Positions 48,029-61,940 of a DNA stretch of 64,000 bases are shown one piece after another; within the stretch, counting starts at the first letter, position 1, and each line of letters starts with the position of its first letter. The position numbers were made by a program, and so were the translations under genes. Source of the DNA: Octopus bimaculoides (lineage: Eukaryota); assembly GCF_001194135.2 (NCBI RefSeq), contig NC_068992.1, positions 7,915,666 through 7,979,665 of the forward strand. Direction: 5' to 3'. The notes beneath the pieces were generated by a model, which was not told the origin of the DNA, searched no databases, and worked only from the letters and a program-made list of their open reading frames with translations.

Positions 48029-48390
48029 TGAGGTATGTTCAAAAATCATGTGACTTTACTTTTTCCTGCCAAGACTAATGTCACATGGGCAAAATCCTTT
48101 GGGTGGGAGGTGATGTCACTCTTCATGTGCATGCATGAAAATTTTCACACCTGCAGGCTGTGTCAGTTTGAAGCTGTTACATTTAGAGTGCAAACATATG
48201 ATGCTTGCTCATTGAATTCATAGGCAAAACTCAGATCAAGGAGTGATACAACCATTTCTAATATGGCCGCACTTCAGTGGAGAGCAAGGAATGCTCAGGC
48301 TGGCCATTCACAAGAGGAACTGATTGAGAAGGTTTGGTGAATTGTCATAAAAAACGGTTGTGTAACAATCCAGGAAATTGCTAATTTAAG
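48029..48390 (+). mobile_element. Mariner-family DNA transposon 5' fragment
   Basis: TA|TGAGGTATGTTCAAAAATCATGTGACTTT resembles a mariner TIR; KTQIKE*YNHF*YGRTSVESKECSGWP and ELIEKVW*IV...VTIQEIAN match the mariner N-terminal HTH region. Confidence 0.7.
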
Positions 48391-50233
48391 ATAGACAGAA
48401 GTGATTTGAGAGAAATTTGGCTGTTACATCTAGCAGGTTACATACCCAAGCAGAAACTTTTGTTCACTCAAAGTAACCTTTGGTGTTGTCGTGTAGTCTT
48501 ATATCAGCCACTGTCAAAACACTATGAGGAAGTGCATACTGCTAATGATAGCCCCATTGTTTGTATATCAAGAACAACTTATATTCTTCAGTTAGCCTTC
48601 ATTTCAGGATTTGGGTGTGATTTGTACGAGTTCTGGCTGATGTTTTCAGCAGGCTGTAACAGCTGAATTGCTGTGTGTGTTTGCCTAACTTGAAAACTGT
48701 AATAGCTGCAGTACATCTGTTGCATTATTTGTATAAATATATAGATTTTAGACAAATCTAAATCTTGTAAAAGAAAGGTGTATAAACAAAACAAACCTAT
48801 TTTGAATTACCGTATTTACTTGTAGATGTCACTCTATTTTATGCTTGATTTTAATTGACAAAACTGAGGCATGATTTATACATGAGGCAAAGCTAAAACT
48901 ATGTAGGGAAAAAACTTTCTACCGAGATTTAACACTAAATTATGACATTTGATAGAGTCATCTGAATGTAAAAGGGTTATTCAAGAACCAGGACTGTTTC
49001 CTTGACTATGGAAGAAGACGTTTGCTCAATGTGTATGCTTAGTGGGACTGAACACAGAACTATGTAGTTGTAAAATGGACATGTTAACTGCAGAGCCGTC
49101 TTATCTTATCAGTGATCTCTAAGACTATTTGTACTTCTGTGTTTTTATTTTAATGCTTTATTTTACAACATACCTCCCCCACTTCTCAAATGCATTTCAG
49201 CTTTGTACACCCTGGCAGATAAAACTGGGATATCTACAAGAATATGTTTTGTATGTAGCAACAGTTTTGTATTTTTTGTCATAATAAATTGGTTTGCTGA
49301 CATTTTTTAGAATTGCCAGACCTGTTTTTACTGACAATAGGGAAGAATAAAACAAGTCACCAACAACAGTTTTACAGGAAACAAAAACACACATAGCAAT
49401 AGCTAATCATGTTTAAAATTGTAGGGTACTCAAGAACTTTGTACTGTTGCTGGCCTTGACTGCAGTTCTTTTCAATGTCTAACACATTCAATCATGATTA
49501 AAGCTGTTTAACACAAATTTTATTTGTTGTAACCTATAAAAATTGAGTTTTTCTATTTAAATAAATAAAAAAGACTGACCCACATTGTGTAAATTAAATG
49601 AAGAATGTGTCTGAGGTGGCATAGTACAACAGTGCAAGTAATGTAAGAGGATTTAGCTAAAAATACATACACTGGAGTGAAGAAAATAAATGTTGTGAAA
49701 CTAAATATTACAAGCCATGGATTTTATTCTATACAAATTTTAATAAGAATATATTTACAGTATTTATCCTTATATAACTTGTTACAGTTATCTCTACAAA
49801 TTTTCTGTAGCTCTGATTTTGTTTTGACGTTTCCAAATTAAGCATAACAAAATCAGTGTTGGCTATAATTTCTATAGAAAATCTGTGGAGATAACCTTAA
49901 TAAGTGATGTAATAGCATTGCTAACACAGTAGAACACAGTGTTGACTCATAAAAGCATTTAATACACTTTGTAGCACACCGGGAAAAAGTAATAAAGAAA
50001 TAAATATACTTTGTAGATATTAATATTATGGTTGCATAACGAAATACTGTGTCCCTACAAGTCATTGTTATTCTCATATAATGCAAGAAACTTAATACAA
50101 AACATTGTTAGAAGAAATTTAAATTTAATGCTCTTGTTATGAGATTGTAACTTAGTGGTTCGGCGAAAGCTACCGATAGAATAAGTGCCAGATTTAAAAA
50201 AATAAATACTGAGGTCAATATGTTCAACTAAAT

Positions 50234-50284
50234 TCTTTAAGGCAGTGAGACTCTTTAAGGCAGTGAGACTCTTTAAGGCAGTGA
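50234..50284. repeat. Three tandem copies of an 18-bp unit TCTTTAAGGCAGTGAGAC within a SINE remnant
   Basis: Direct reading; local slippage of the SINE motif TTCTTTAAGGCAGTG. Confidence 0.9.
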
Positions 50285-51771
50285 CTGGAAACAAAGTCAC
50301 CAATAAATGTATGCCTGTTTGTAATCTTGGAAACAAAGTCACTGCCCAGACACATAGTACCATTGTTTACAATCTGCCATGCCTGGCCATTGAGCTGTTC
50401 ATTGTTTAAAGGACAATGAGAAATATTACCTTACTTGGAAACAAGTTAGTGTTGGTGATAGGAAGAGCACCTGTCTACTTCAATGCATTTTGCTCAACCC
50501 ATGCTGGATATGCAAACATGATATTGATGATATCTATCGATGGCAACAGATAATGCCTGTGCATGATACCGTCCAGTGAGATCAAACCAGGCATTGTGTA
50601 ATTTAAATGTCTTAACCAGGTATTGATCTCAGTCTATTTTTCTTTGTATTGTATGTGTCTTTAGCTTGATTGACCATATTCTTTCTGTTGTCTGAATGGA
50701 AATGAGATCTGTATTGACAACCACTAAACTCACTTTCATTTTATTTTATCTATGTGGCACACATTGATTTCAAACTGGAGCACAATGTTTCATATTGATC
50801 AGAGATAGGGTGGTGGTGGTGGTGGTGGTGGGAGATGAAACATGATTGTGTGATGATTGCACATTTCTATTATTACAATTTAAATTGCTATGTTCAAATT
50901 GTTTTTTAAGTAGATCTGTGTTTGATGTCCTATTTATGACTATCTCATCTTTTTTATGTGTATATTTATCACTACATTTTCCAAAAAACACATCTTTCCG
51001 ATGTTCCCAATGTAGGATGTAATATGAGATCCGGTTGTTGTATCTAGCACATTTGGCAACCACAAAGAAGCTCTCGGATCATCTCACTGTGTCCATCTCT
51101 TATGTATGCCCCACCTCACAACTGATGAAACCAATGTGATTGATGTTTCTATGTTTCTTAAGGAATATAGTGTTATTAATGAAGTGGAATGCTTGGAATC
51201 AAGTATTGAAATGTGATTGGATAAACTTGGCTTCTCTGATGTTTGCCTTTATTCTGTTAATCTCATCCATTATGTATCACATATAACTGGACATGTTGGC
51301 ATTTAGGTGATGATAATACAATTTACACAGCAATCCTTAGTTTTGTCTTTCTATAATCTGAAGAGGCATTTTAAAATTAGATGACAGACAAATTCATATG
51401 TTGTTATTTACTCCTGGCTAATCCTGTTAGAGCAGGCATGTTTAAGCTGAAACTATCTTTTTTTATAGCTATCTGGTACTGCAGTATCTAAAGTTCACTT
51501 CCCTATTCAAGATGATAGAATAGGATATGTGAGAAATTTGACTGCTATTTCTGCATGTTAAGTTAACTATATAGAGAGGGTTCCTCATTGTCCAGGATGT
51601 AAGGGTTGTTGTTAAACCTTAGATCAACCCTGATAAAGCAAACTTGTATTCAAAGGCATTTCACCTGTGACCATCTCATCTGTTTAGAGGTCTATAAGCA
51701 TTACATTGTGTAATGTGTTCTGCTTGAGATAAACTGATATAGATCTAGTCTTAATAATTATGCACTTTCCA

Positions 51772-51990
51772 TTTCAAGGTGGCAAGCTGGTAGAATCATT
51801 AGCACACTGGACAAAAATCTTAATAGCATTTCATCTGTCTTTATATTCTGAGTTCAAATTCCACTGACGTTGACTTTACCTTTCGTCTTTTGGAGGGGTT
51901 GATAAAATAAGTACCAGTTGAATATTGGGGTTGATGTAATCGACTCCCGCCATCTCCACAAAGTTGTGACCTTGTGCCAAAATTTGAAAC
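51772..51990 (+). mobile_element. SINE family C copy
   Basis: GGTGGCAAGCTGGTAGAATCATTAGCAC...TTCTGAGTTCAAATTCC...AAGTACCAGTTG. Confidence 0.75.
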
Positions 51991-53060
51991 TGATAATTAC
52001 ACTCTTTTATTTTTCTAAGGAATCCATTTAGATTACTGCATGAATTACCATTGGTGTTTCATTTCAGGGATCAAGATTGTTCCAAGTCCATAACAAGTAA
52101 GCTGGGATCTATAATAATTCATCCCAGAGGTTGGCTTCAGTTATTGCCATATTTGATGGCCTATAAAACAGATGAAATTGCAAGATGCATTTTTAGTTTT
52201 GGTAGGCCCTTTCTTGAACTAACATTTACTGGTAACTTAAAACCTGATCCTGTGTTCTATGAGAAACACTTGTTTCATATACTTTCAATGTGGCTCTTAT
52301 GCTTTATGAAATGAGATTTGTGTCATAGAGAAGTCATTATTTTAACAATGCTTATTAAATTGTTTTAAGACCAAAATTGCTTGAGACCATCTCTGATTCT
52401 AGAATTCTAAGCCTCATTATTTCAAAGTGTTTTGTAACTAAATTAAAATCGTCTTTCAAAATTTTTATGTAAGAAACTTTTTGTTTAAGTAATATTCCAA
52501 ATATTACATTAATGCAAAATAAAAATAAAAAAGAACATTTTTAATTAATATAAACACATTTCATTAGATATGCGGTTACAAAAAAAAGGTTAAGTTAATG
52601 GTTGAAGCCCATTATTTCAGGCAGGTATGTAATTGCCTGTTTTCTCAGTGAAGTTTTATAAACTGTTTCTATTCTCGTTAATTTCAGTCTGAATTATCAA
52701 GCAGGTCAGGCAAATGTATTTAATTACAACAACTTGGGACATTTATTTTCTCATTCATTCTCTCTCTGTTCTACATGCTCTGGGTATTTTCCTCGATACT
52801 GTCAGACAGCAGCTAGAGTTTGCCAATGTAATGAGGTAGAATGTTGCACTGACTTTTTGCTTCTTGTTGCAGCCGTTGAAATGTCTCTCTCTCTCACACA
52901 CACACACTCGTGTATTGTAGTGTGTCAATGATGTGAAGTTAAATTTTTCTGATTTACAGTTTAATTTCATCTCCTCAGATCAACTAACTCCCCCACCAGC
53001 CTGTATCAGACATTTTCTCAACCAATCAATTGGCATGCCTGTTTGCATGGTAATTGCAGC

Positions 53061-53100
<40 letters not shown>
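53061..53100. repeat. (CAG)n microsatellite, non-coding context
   Basis: All three + frames hit stops shortly after the run. Confidence 0.9.
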
Positions 53101-56100
53101 TCTATGTTAGTCTACTAGACTAATCAGCATATAGTGCCTGGCTTATATAACTGGATCTGTCTGGTTGTTCACCATCTCACTGTTTCTGGTCACCATAGTC
53201 ATGTTACAGCTGTTGTAGCAGTCGCTTACACGGAAGACTAGACATAACATACAGGGTCTTACAATCATCTCAGATGCCTTTCTGCAAGCCTCAAGATATT
53301 CTATTCAGAACTGATCAGCCCAATCTTGAAACCAGCTGTGTTTGTTTACCAGAGCACACATCAAGAACAGTCATGAACTTGCTGTCTACTTTTTAACAAC
53401 AGTCACTACTTTTCACAGCTATAATTTCCTCAGTACAGGACTCGACAACAAATTAATTTTCCATCTTAGATTCCACTGAGAGTCTGTAGCCATGGATATA
53501 TAAACCCATATGTGTATGTATACACTGCAGATTCGCGTGTATATCTCATGCTTAACAGATATACTCATACATCATGCAAACTCATGTGTATGTCCTTACA
53601 TCTATTGTATTCACACAAATATATTTTTATATAGATTCACTTGTATAGTGCTATATGCACCATACACTTGTATTGTGCTGTATGCACTCACAAACACACA
53701 CATATTTTCTATTTGTAAGAGTAACTTGTATGCACACACACACACACACACACACACAAACATATATTTATACACAGAAATAGCTTTGTGGTTAACAAGT
53801 TTACCTTCACATCTGTGTATTTTTAGGTTTCAATCTCTGTGTGGCACCTTCTATAGGCTGCATGTTCACCAATGCTTTGTGAGTAAATTCCATTTGTGTT
53901 TATGTGTAGTTATGTGTGTGTGCATATTGTGGTCAAGTCTGATAGGACAGATCCATGATTGAAGATGTTGCAGACAATCAAGAGAGCAGAACGAGGCAGG
54001 CATTGAGCGATGATGATAATATATACATGTATACATGTGTGTGTGTGTTAGTGTCTCCTTCTCTTGACATAACGTGATAGTTGTGAAATGAGCATCACTG
54101 TCACACAAGTGCTGTCCTTTGTTTCCAAACATGTCTAGTTATGGACAAATATTACCTTACTTGGAGATTGCTGAGTGTTGGCATCAGGAAAGGTATCCAG
54201 CTATAGAAAATCTTTCTCAACAAATTCCATCTGACCTATGCAAGCATAGAAAAGTGGACATGAAAACAATGATAATGACAGGAGTGAGTAGAGAGAAACA
54301 TTCTGCTTCACAACCATTGTTGATTTCTTGATTTCCCTGTAAACAGATTCTTGTGGTTTGTCAAAAGTGACCAACAGAGTAAGTACCAGGTTTAAAACCA
54401 ACCCCTGGGCTCGATTTGTTCATCTAAACCCTTCAAGGCAGTGCCCCAGCATGGCCTGCTGTTCAGTGAGTGAAACAAGTTAAAGAATAAAGATAAAATA
54501 TGATTTATTTATATTGGCTATTTATATATCTTGCATATTTGCAATCTGCTTTGCTGTCTTCTGATGTGTGTCAGCTTGGTTAAATTCTCCCTTATAGTAT
54601 TGTTCCGAGAAATTGAGATATAAACCATTAGATATATGTCTGCTGCTGCTCACCACCACCACCACCACCTTCTAGTTCCTTCTATTGTGAGCTTACCTTG
54701 ATTTTTTCCTGCTCCTCTTCCTTCTATTTACATACGTAGAGCCCCCAGGTCTTCTTACTGCTAACTACTTCTTGCTAATTCTTTTTGTTAGCACCCCCCC
54801 CCCCCCCCCCCTTATATTCTGTTTTTTTTCTCTCCACTTCTTTCCTCCTCTGTTGCTGGTTGACCTCTCTTGGCAAATTTTCTCCAAAATTTCTATTAAG
54901 TTTTTCTCTCTTTCTGTTTTTTTTTTTTTTCTTTACATTGTTGTTTTTATAACATATTTCTTACTGTTCTCTTATCTTTAGATTGACATGAAATCCTCGA
55001 AATTCAATACTACAATAAAGGTAGAAGATATAAGCACCATAGATGTTTTTGATCAATAAATAGTGCAATATACACAGATCAAGATCTGACCAAACAATCA
55101 GCATCTGCTTTCTTCATTAAAGACTGCCTCTGCTCCTCTGAATTAGAAAGTTGTATACAGCATTCAAATCCTCACTCACTCAGACCACTTCTTTTCCATT
55201 TGTCTCTGTTCTTTCCTTCACTCTGCCTCCTCATCTCTCCTCTTCACTCTTTGTATATCACCTCCTGCCACCATAGTTGCACCTTCTATCACTCACACTG
55301 CACCTCACCTCTTCCATCATTTGGTTTGTTTCACCTCCTCCCATTATTTGTACTACATTTCACCTCCTCCCATTATTCACATTTCTCACTTCATCCCATC
55401 ATTCACCTTGAGTCTCACCCTTTCCCTTACTGTGTCTCACTTCTTCCCATCACCCACATTGTCATGCTTCTCCCCATCACCACACTAAGGTTTGACCCTT
55501 CCCATAGTCCTATCTTCTTTCATTATTACTGTATGTCCCAGAGTCCCCCATTAAACACTTAGTCAAGTCCTTTCCAACTCTAGAATCATAAACTTCTGAG
55601 ATTTCCTCACTTAATCAGTTGGTTAACCAATCGGTCAGTTCTCTGTCAAAGTCCTCTTGACTCCATACGCAACCTCACCAATGACATGCCCTCACTTCTT
55701 TGGGTCTGCTTTAAATCTGTCTCTTATAAAACAAACAAATTTGAAGTAGACCTGAAGGAGAAAGAGCACATCATTGAACTCAGCAAATTCCATCCGACCT
55801 ATGCAAGCATGGAAAAGCAGACTTGCAATGATGATGCTGGATCAGTCTGGCATTGTCCTCTGCCGCCTTCATTACAAATAAAATGTGTTTAGACATGTGC
55901 AAATACTCATTTAAAGGCGAGGTTTTGCTTAATTTCTCTCTTATCGGTTTTTATCTTTGGTAGTATATAGATGTTATTTATGCTGCTGTTAATTTACCTA
56001 TTTTATATGATATGGGATACAGGGTTTCTGATACAGGGTTAGTTGGTTCTTATCACTACTGAATCAGAATGAAGGAATGTTTGCTTACTAAATGACTTAG

Positions 56101-56145
56101 TTTATTCTTCTATACAGGTTGCATATTGCGTGTGTGTGTGTGTAT

Positions 56146-56501
56146 TTTACTCTTTTACTTGTTTCAGTCATTTGACCCCGGGACTTATTCTTTGTAAGCC
56201 TAGTACTTATTCTAACGGTCTCTTTTGCCGAACTGCTAAGTAACGGGGACATAAACACACCAGCATTGGTTGTCAAGCAATGCTAGGGGACAAACACAGA
56301 CACCCAAACACACACACATATATACATATGTATATACATACATACAACGGGCTTCTTTCAGTTTCCGTCTACCAAATCCACTCACAAGGCTTTGGTTGGC
56401 CCGAGGCTATAGTAGAAGACACTTACCCAAGATGCCACGCAGTGGGACAAAACCCGGAATCATGTGGTTGGTAAGCAAGCTACTTACCACACAGCCACTC
56501 C
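56146..56501 (-). mobile_element. SINE family B full copy (young)
   Basis: Close match to 11061-11624. Confidence 0.85.
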
Positions 56502-57416
56502 TAAGAGAGTTGAGAGTTTTGTGGCTTTGATATCTGAGACTTTCATAAAGATTTTTAAGATGCAAATCAGGTTTGAGATGGTGGGTTGTAACGAAGCTTT
56601 AAACTTAGACAGGTAGATTTAAGCTTTGTATGTTTTAAGGTTTTTCTTCTTTTTCATTTTGCTCTTTACCAGAGAATATTTATAGAGGAGAGTATGTTAT
56701 GAATAGTAGAAATTTGAAGAGTGAAGCACAATTAAAAAAAAATCTCAAATCTGTTGCAAATACTTGAGCACCTCACAGTCTTTTGATGGTCTCTCCTACT
56801 GACATCACTTCCATACCATTTTCAAAACTACATTAGACTAGGTTTTGTTCTTTAGAACCAAGAAATACTGCAGCTGTAATCTGTTGTTGAACCTCTCCAT
56901 AAGTCAAGTGTGGCCTACATTCAAGTACTACTTACATATCTAGGATGCTACTGCTGTTACATGCATGCAAACATTTGAGATTACATTATCAAAATAAAAA
57001 GGCAAAACATCATTTGGCCAATTGGCAAATACCCACACACCGACATACAGACAGTGTTTTTCTCTCTGTTCCACGACTGTTTCAATGGTCTCCCTTCCTC
57101 TCAAGCAATAATCTGCATACACTCTCCTGCCAGGCTTACTTATCCCTGCCATCTTTTTCTTCCATTAACCCTTACTTTATCTCCCCACTTGCTGCTTTGA
57201 ACACTTCTAATCCTTCTTTTCCAAGACTGCAGCCCCCTCAGAATTCTTTCCTACACTTAGAGTTTTTTTTTAAAGTTTGTTTTTGTTGGGGGTTTTTTTT
57301 TTTTTTTCTTGTTACTTGCAGACAGGGTCCTAGAGATATTCAAGTTGAACATCAACTGCTTTAAATCTCACCAATTTATAGGAGCCTTTGAAGGTCACTG
57401 GCATTGCCACTCAGCT

Positions 57417-57456
<40 letters not shown>

Positions 57457-58888
57457 TTTCAGAAGTCAGAGTTGGCCCTGACAAATTAAGGTTGTACTAG
57501 ATACTTAAACCTAATTTCAATGTAGCATGGCCAACATAAACCAAGCAACTTTGTTGAACAAGAGCTGCTTGCTGATCAGAGTGGCAGTTTAGTGACACTT
57601 TAGGTAATTTACATTAGGAAGGCATCCTTACTTTAGCTGAAAAAATTTAGATTCCTATCAATAGTAGTTGTATCAGCAGCAATAGCAGAAATTTTTAAAA
57701 ACTTTACCACCACCATCATCACCATCATCATTATCACTGCCATGTCCATTTATTTTCTGTACTGGTGTAGAGAGGGAGTGTGGGTGAGTAGTTGAGCATG
57801 GAACATAGCATCCTTTCACATGCTTTGCTCCTGCAAAAACAACCCCTTACTACCCCCCCCCCCTCCGCATAACTTTCACAAAAGACTTTTTACTTACTTA
57901 TTTACATATCTTCTCCCCTCCCTCCTTTCCACCCATTTCCCACTTGTGCTGATTCACTCCACCCCAATTTGTTATGTATGTGATGTGACAGTATGTGGTA
58001 GTTGTCTACTGTAATATTAAAAAAAAAAATTACTTGAGTTTGTTTGTTTTATCATTTTAAAATTTGTTTTTTTACTTTATTTTGTTTATTTCTTAGAAGT
58101 ATTCCTCCTCATTGTATCCATCTCCTCCTCCTCATCATCCATTTCGTTTTTTAATTCCATGGTGTCAGGAATTAGGTATCTGCTCTATAATACAACTTAT
58201 ACGGCAGCCCTTCTCCGTTAATCTCACGGTCCTTACATCATCTTATCTGTGAGGTTTTCAGTGTTTATCTTGAGCTACACATGAAAATTTGTAAATTAAG
58301 ACAAATTCATGTGCCCTGAATACATGTATGTTGTGACATTTAGGGCAGGATGCTTCTAGTAACTGTATTTTAATTTAATTTTTTTTTAGCACATACCATT
58401 ATTTGTTTCTTCAAACTCCACTTTTTTAAAATTAATTCTTTGCCATTATTCAATCAAATCTACCTGTCTACTTCCTTCCAAAATCGTCTGCAAGCTGTGT
58501 TTTACCACAGGTCTCTTCCACCAACTAACTTACAGTACTAGTTTACTCAACATATGACTCTCTGTGCAGTTTGCTTGAGATAACAGTCAAAACTCCTTCA
58601 AATCAAATTTTGCTATCATAAACAAAGTACTCACTTGATAATGTAGCACTAACATGCTTTGGAAAGCATCGTCATTTAGTGTCTGTCTTTCATGCTGGCC
58701 TGGGTAAGATGGTTTGACTGGAGTTGGCAAGCTATAGAGCTGCACCAGGCAGAACTGCAACAGACTGGAATCTCTTTTGGCTTGGTTTCTGCAGCTGGAT
58801 GTCCTTCATAATGCCAACCATTCCACAGAGTGTATTGGATGTCTTTTATATGTCACCGGCATGGATACCCAGCTGAAACTCCTATGAG

Positions 58889-59030
58889 TTGAAGGTCAGT
58901 GAAAAGAACGTTATTAGTGCAGCGCTAGTTCCAAAAGAAAAAAAAATCATCTTCCTTCCCTTGCATATCGAATTGGGATTAATGAAACAGTATGTAAAAT
59001 CACTTGGCAAAGAAAGTAAATGTTTTGATC
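58889..59030 (+). mobile_element. DNA-transposon transposase fragment, possibly Chapaev3/CMC-like
   Basis: SEKNVISAALVPKEKKIIFLPLHIELGLMKQYVKSLGKESKCF resembles the recalled motif GEKNV..EPLV...IILPPLHIKLGLMKQFVKAL; superfamily assignment is from memory. Confidence 0.55.
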
Positions 59031-59845
59031 AAAAGAAATTGTTATCATTGCTTTTGTTACCAATATCATCACGGCTGCTATTATTATCATCGTTGAGAAA
59101 TACATTGTCAGTTTTCTTTCTTCGAGCAAAATAAACATCAAAGATGCTTTGCTCTCTGCAGAAACTGCAGGAGGTACTCAGAGGTATTGCAAGTGGGTCA
59201 CAATGTTGGAAACCCTTCTGTATTATCAGTAGGTATCTCATTTCACCCCTTAGCCTGTACACTTTGCCTGAGTCGGGCAGTGATGACTGAATTGGTTGTC
59301 TCCTTTCAACTACAGACCTTGATTTGGTTTCAGCTGGGAAAAAACAAAACATACATGAAAGTGTTCATAATTAACTAATATCTGAGATTGTCTTAACAAT
59401 ATTTGCAGGGCCTTGTTTTCTGGAATGTGACCATGTCTATTCTTCTGGGTGATCTTTCAATGCATTCACAGGAATGGTCATGTGTCACTGTAGTTGTGCT
59501 GATTACAAATGGTATGATGGATGCATTCCTTAAATGTCAGAATGTTTTTTGTTCAACAGCTATTTGGGAATAATTCCTTAATTGTTTCAACCAGCTGCTG
59601 CACAACATTGTAGTCATTCTGTGTTAGTTATTAATACACTGTTGTTGCTTTTACATCCATTTTTTTCATGCCAGTATGGGTTTGATGAAAACGTTTTTGA
59701 GGCATTGTTTTACAGCCAGATATCCTTCTTGTTGCTAATCTGTTTTTCAAGTAAGGGCATGAAAAAAATCAAGGAAAATATTGGTAGGCTTATGTGCCAT
59801 TTGGTGGTCATTCTCAATACTGAAGTTCCATAGTATTCTTGCACC

Positions 59846-60342
59846 GAGAGGTAATATCCATCCCTACTTAAACATGGATGTTCTATTAGAACAAACTATA
59901 CTGTGGTAGATACCATGAGAGAAACTCTCATATTGGCTTTTGGTACAAAATGCACTCTTGTTTATATTGCTAATAGGGAAATAAATCCCCACCATCTCCA
60001 GCACTGAGATCACCTGGTCATGTGATTTCAACCTTCCTTGGTTTCATCAGTGTAGATGCTTGACTGCCAGAGTCAGCAGCAACATATCTCCCTGCCAGCG
60101 ATGTATTGAAAAACAGAGCCAGAACAGGTACTGGTGCCATGATTAGCCAGTGAGCTTGTTAAAAAAGGTTGAAGTCATGAGATGTGGTGATCTTGGTACT
60201 GGAAGATGCCAGGGATTTATTTCTCCACTAGCAATATAAACAAAAGTGCATTTTGCACGAAAAGCTAATATGAAAGATTTTTTCATGGTATCTACCACAG
60301 TAATAGAAATCCACATTTAAGTAGGGATAAATATTACCTCTC
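59846..60342. mobile_element. Foldback or MITE-like element with ~180-bp imperfect inverted arms
   Basis: 59846-60033 is the reverse complement of 60167-60342 apart from substitutions and one ~12-nt indel; ~130-nt spacer. Confidence 0.8.
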
Positions 60343-60914
60343 AGAATTAATACTGCCTCTGTTGCTAATATATATATATATATTTTCACATTGTCATATT
60401 TTTTTTTGACTGATGGTTGTCTATATGAATACCTCAGAGCTTTTACTTTTAGGAGTTAAAATTTGGTGGGACGGCATCTGCAGAGCAGCTTTGCTAAGTT
60501 ATTGTGTGTCTATGTATGTTTTCTCAGAACTGGTGGAAGAATCTTTGTAGAATAATTGCTTCAGAAAAATACATCAGATAAACCACATTCGTTTTTTATA
60601 TTGTAAGAATTGTAGATACTCCTCTCGTTGTTTTTTAGCTGTGATTGCCTGTTCTTGCATTGCAAATGTTGATATTCTATTTAGTCGAACAGTCAAGTAG
60701 CAACTTTTTCATATTTTTACCTTTATCTGTCATGAAGTAGTTAGTAATCTACTCTGGTCTTTGGCAAACTAGGGCAAAAACAAAATCAGGTGACTTGCGT
60801 AACAGAGTACAAACACAGTGGCTATTGTAAAATTTGAATTTATAACCAAGAAATCAGTAGGTCATCCCACTTCACAAACATTTTGCTTCTGTAAATAATA
60901 ATAATAATAAATAA

Positions 60915-61130
60915 TGGTTTGAAATATTGGCACACGGCCAGTAATTTAGGGGAAAGAGTTAGGTCGATTATATCAACCCAAATATTTGAACCACATAGTC
61001 AACTTATTCTATTGACTCTGAAAAGATGAAAGGCAAAGTCGACCTTGGCAGAATATTAGAACTCAGAACGATGGACAAAATGCCAATAATCATTTTGCCC
61101 AGCATGCTAACCATTCTGCCGGCTCACCAT
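60915..61130 (-). mobile_element. SINE family C copy
   Basis: Reverse complement of the family C head and body. Confidence 0.7.
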
Positions 61131-61940
61131 CATCTTTCAACAGTAGTAATAAAAAGTAGTAAGTTGATAAATTTTTAAAAGAAATTATAAAATGAATTAA
61201 TTATGACTTCTCTGAATTTTCCAGCTTGCTTTTATTGTGTGTAAGAAGGTGCTTTGCTGCATAAATAGTGAAATGAGTTTCAGAGTTTTAGGTTCAAATC
61301 TCACAAAGACCAGTGTATCTTGCATGAATAAGGAAAAATTATTCTGGATAGAACTGTACCTGAAGTAACTGTAATGTATTTGGATTCAGATATCCCAAAG
61401 AAAAAAAAAAAAAAAGAATGGGCGTGGAAATGTCACAATGAACGATTGAGATATTAAGGAAGAGGCTGTTTTAATTCAGTTGTGCCAACAAAAGGGACCA
61501 GCTGGGATGCTGATTAAAAACAATTAGGGAATAAGAGGATAAAGAGGATTCAGTAGAACTAAAATGAAAAAAAAACTATAGGGACCAGGTAGGAAGCTGA
61601 TAAAAACAATTAGGGAGAACAATAATGCTGCAAGTCATTTAGTAAAATGTTACTGCTCTGATGATAGTGTTGAAAGCCTTATGGTGAATTAGTTTCACAC
61701 TAAGTCACTTAGTTTAGCGGGCAAGTTATTATCTCTGACGACCGATTGCTGTTGCCTAGCACCAGCCAAGCACTGCAGAGCTGAAGGTGACATTTTTTTT
61801 ATGAGTGAATAGAGGCTGGTGGTGGAAATTATACGTGTCTTAAGTTAACAAAGCTGGTTATGAAGTGGGTAGAAAGCGCCAAAGCACCCAACTTTCAGAG
61901 GTTCATGCTGAATATTAACTGCACTGACCTCACATGTGTG

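Noticed and set aside
53061-53100. PolyQ-encoding exon
   Set aside because: Stops follow closely in all frames and there are no flanking splice sites that give an open exon.
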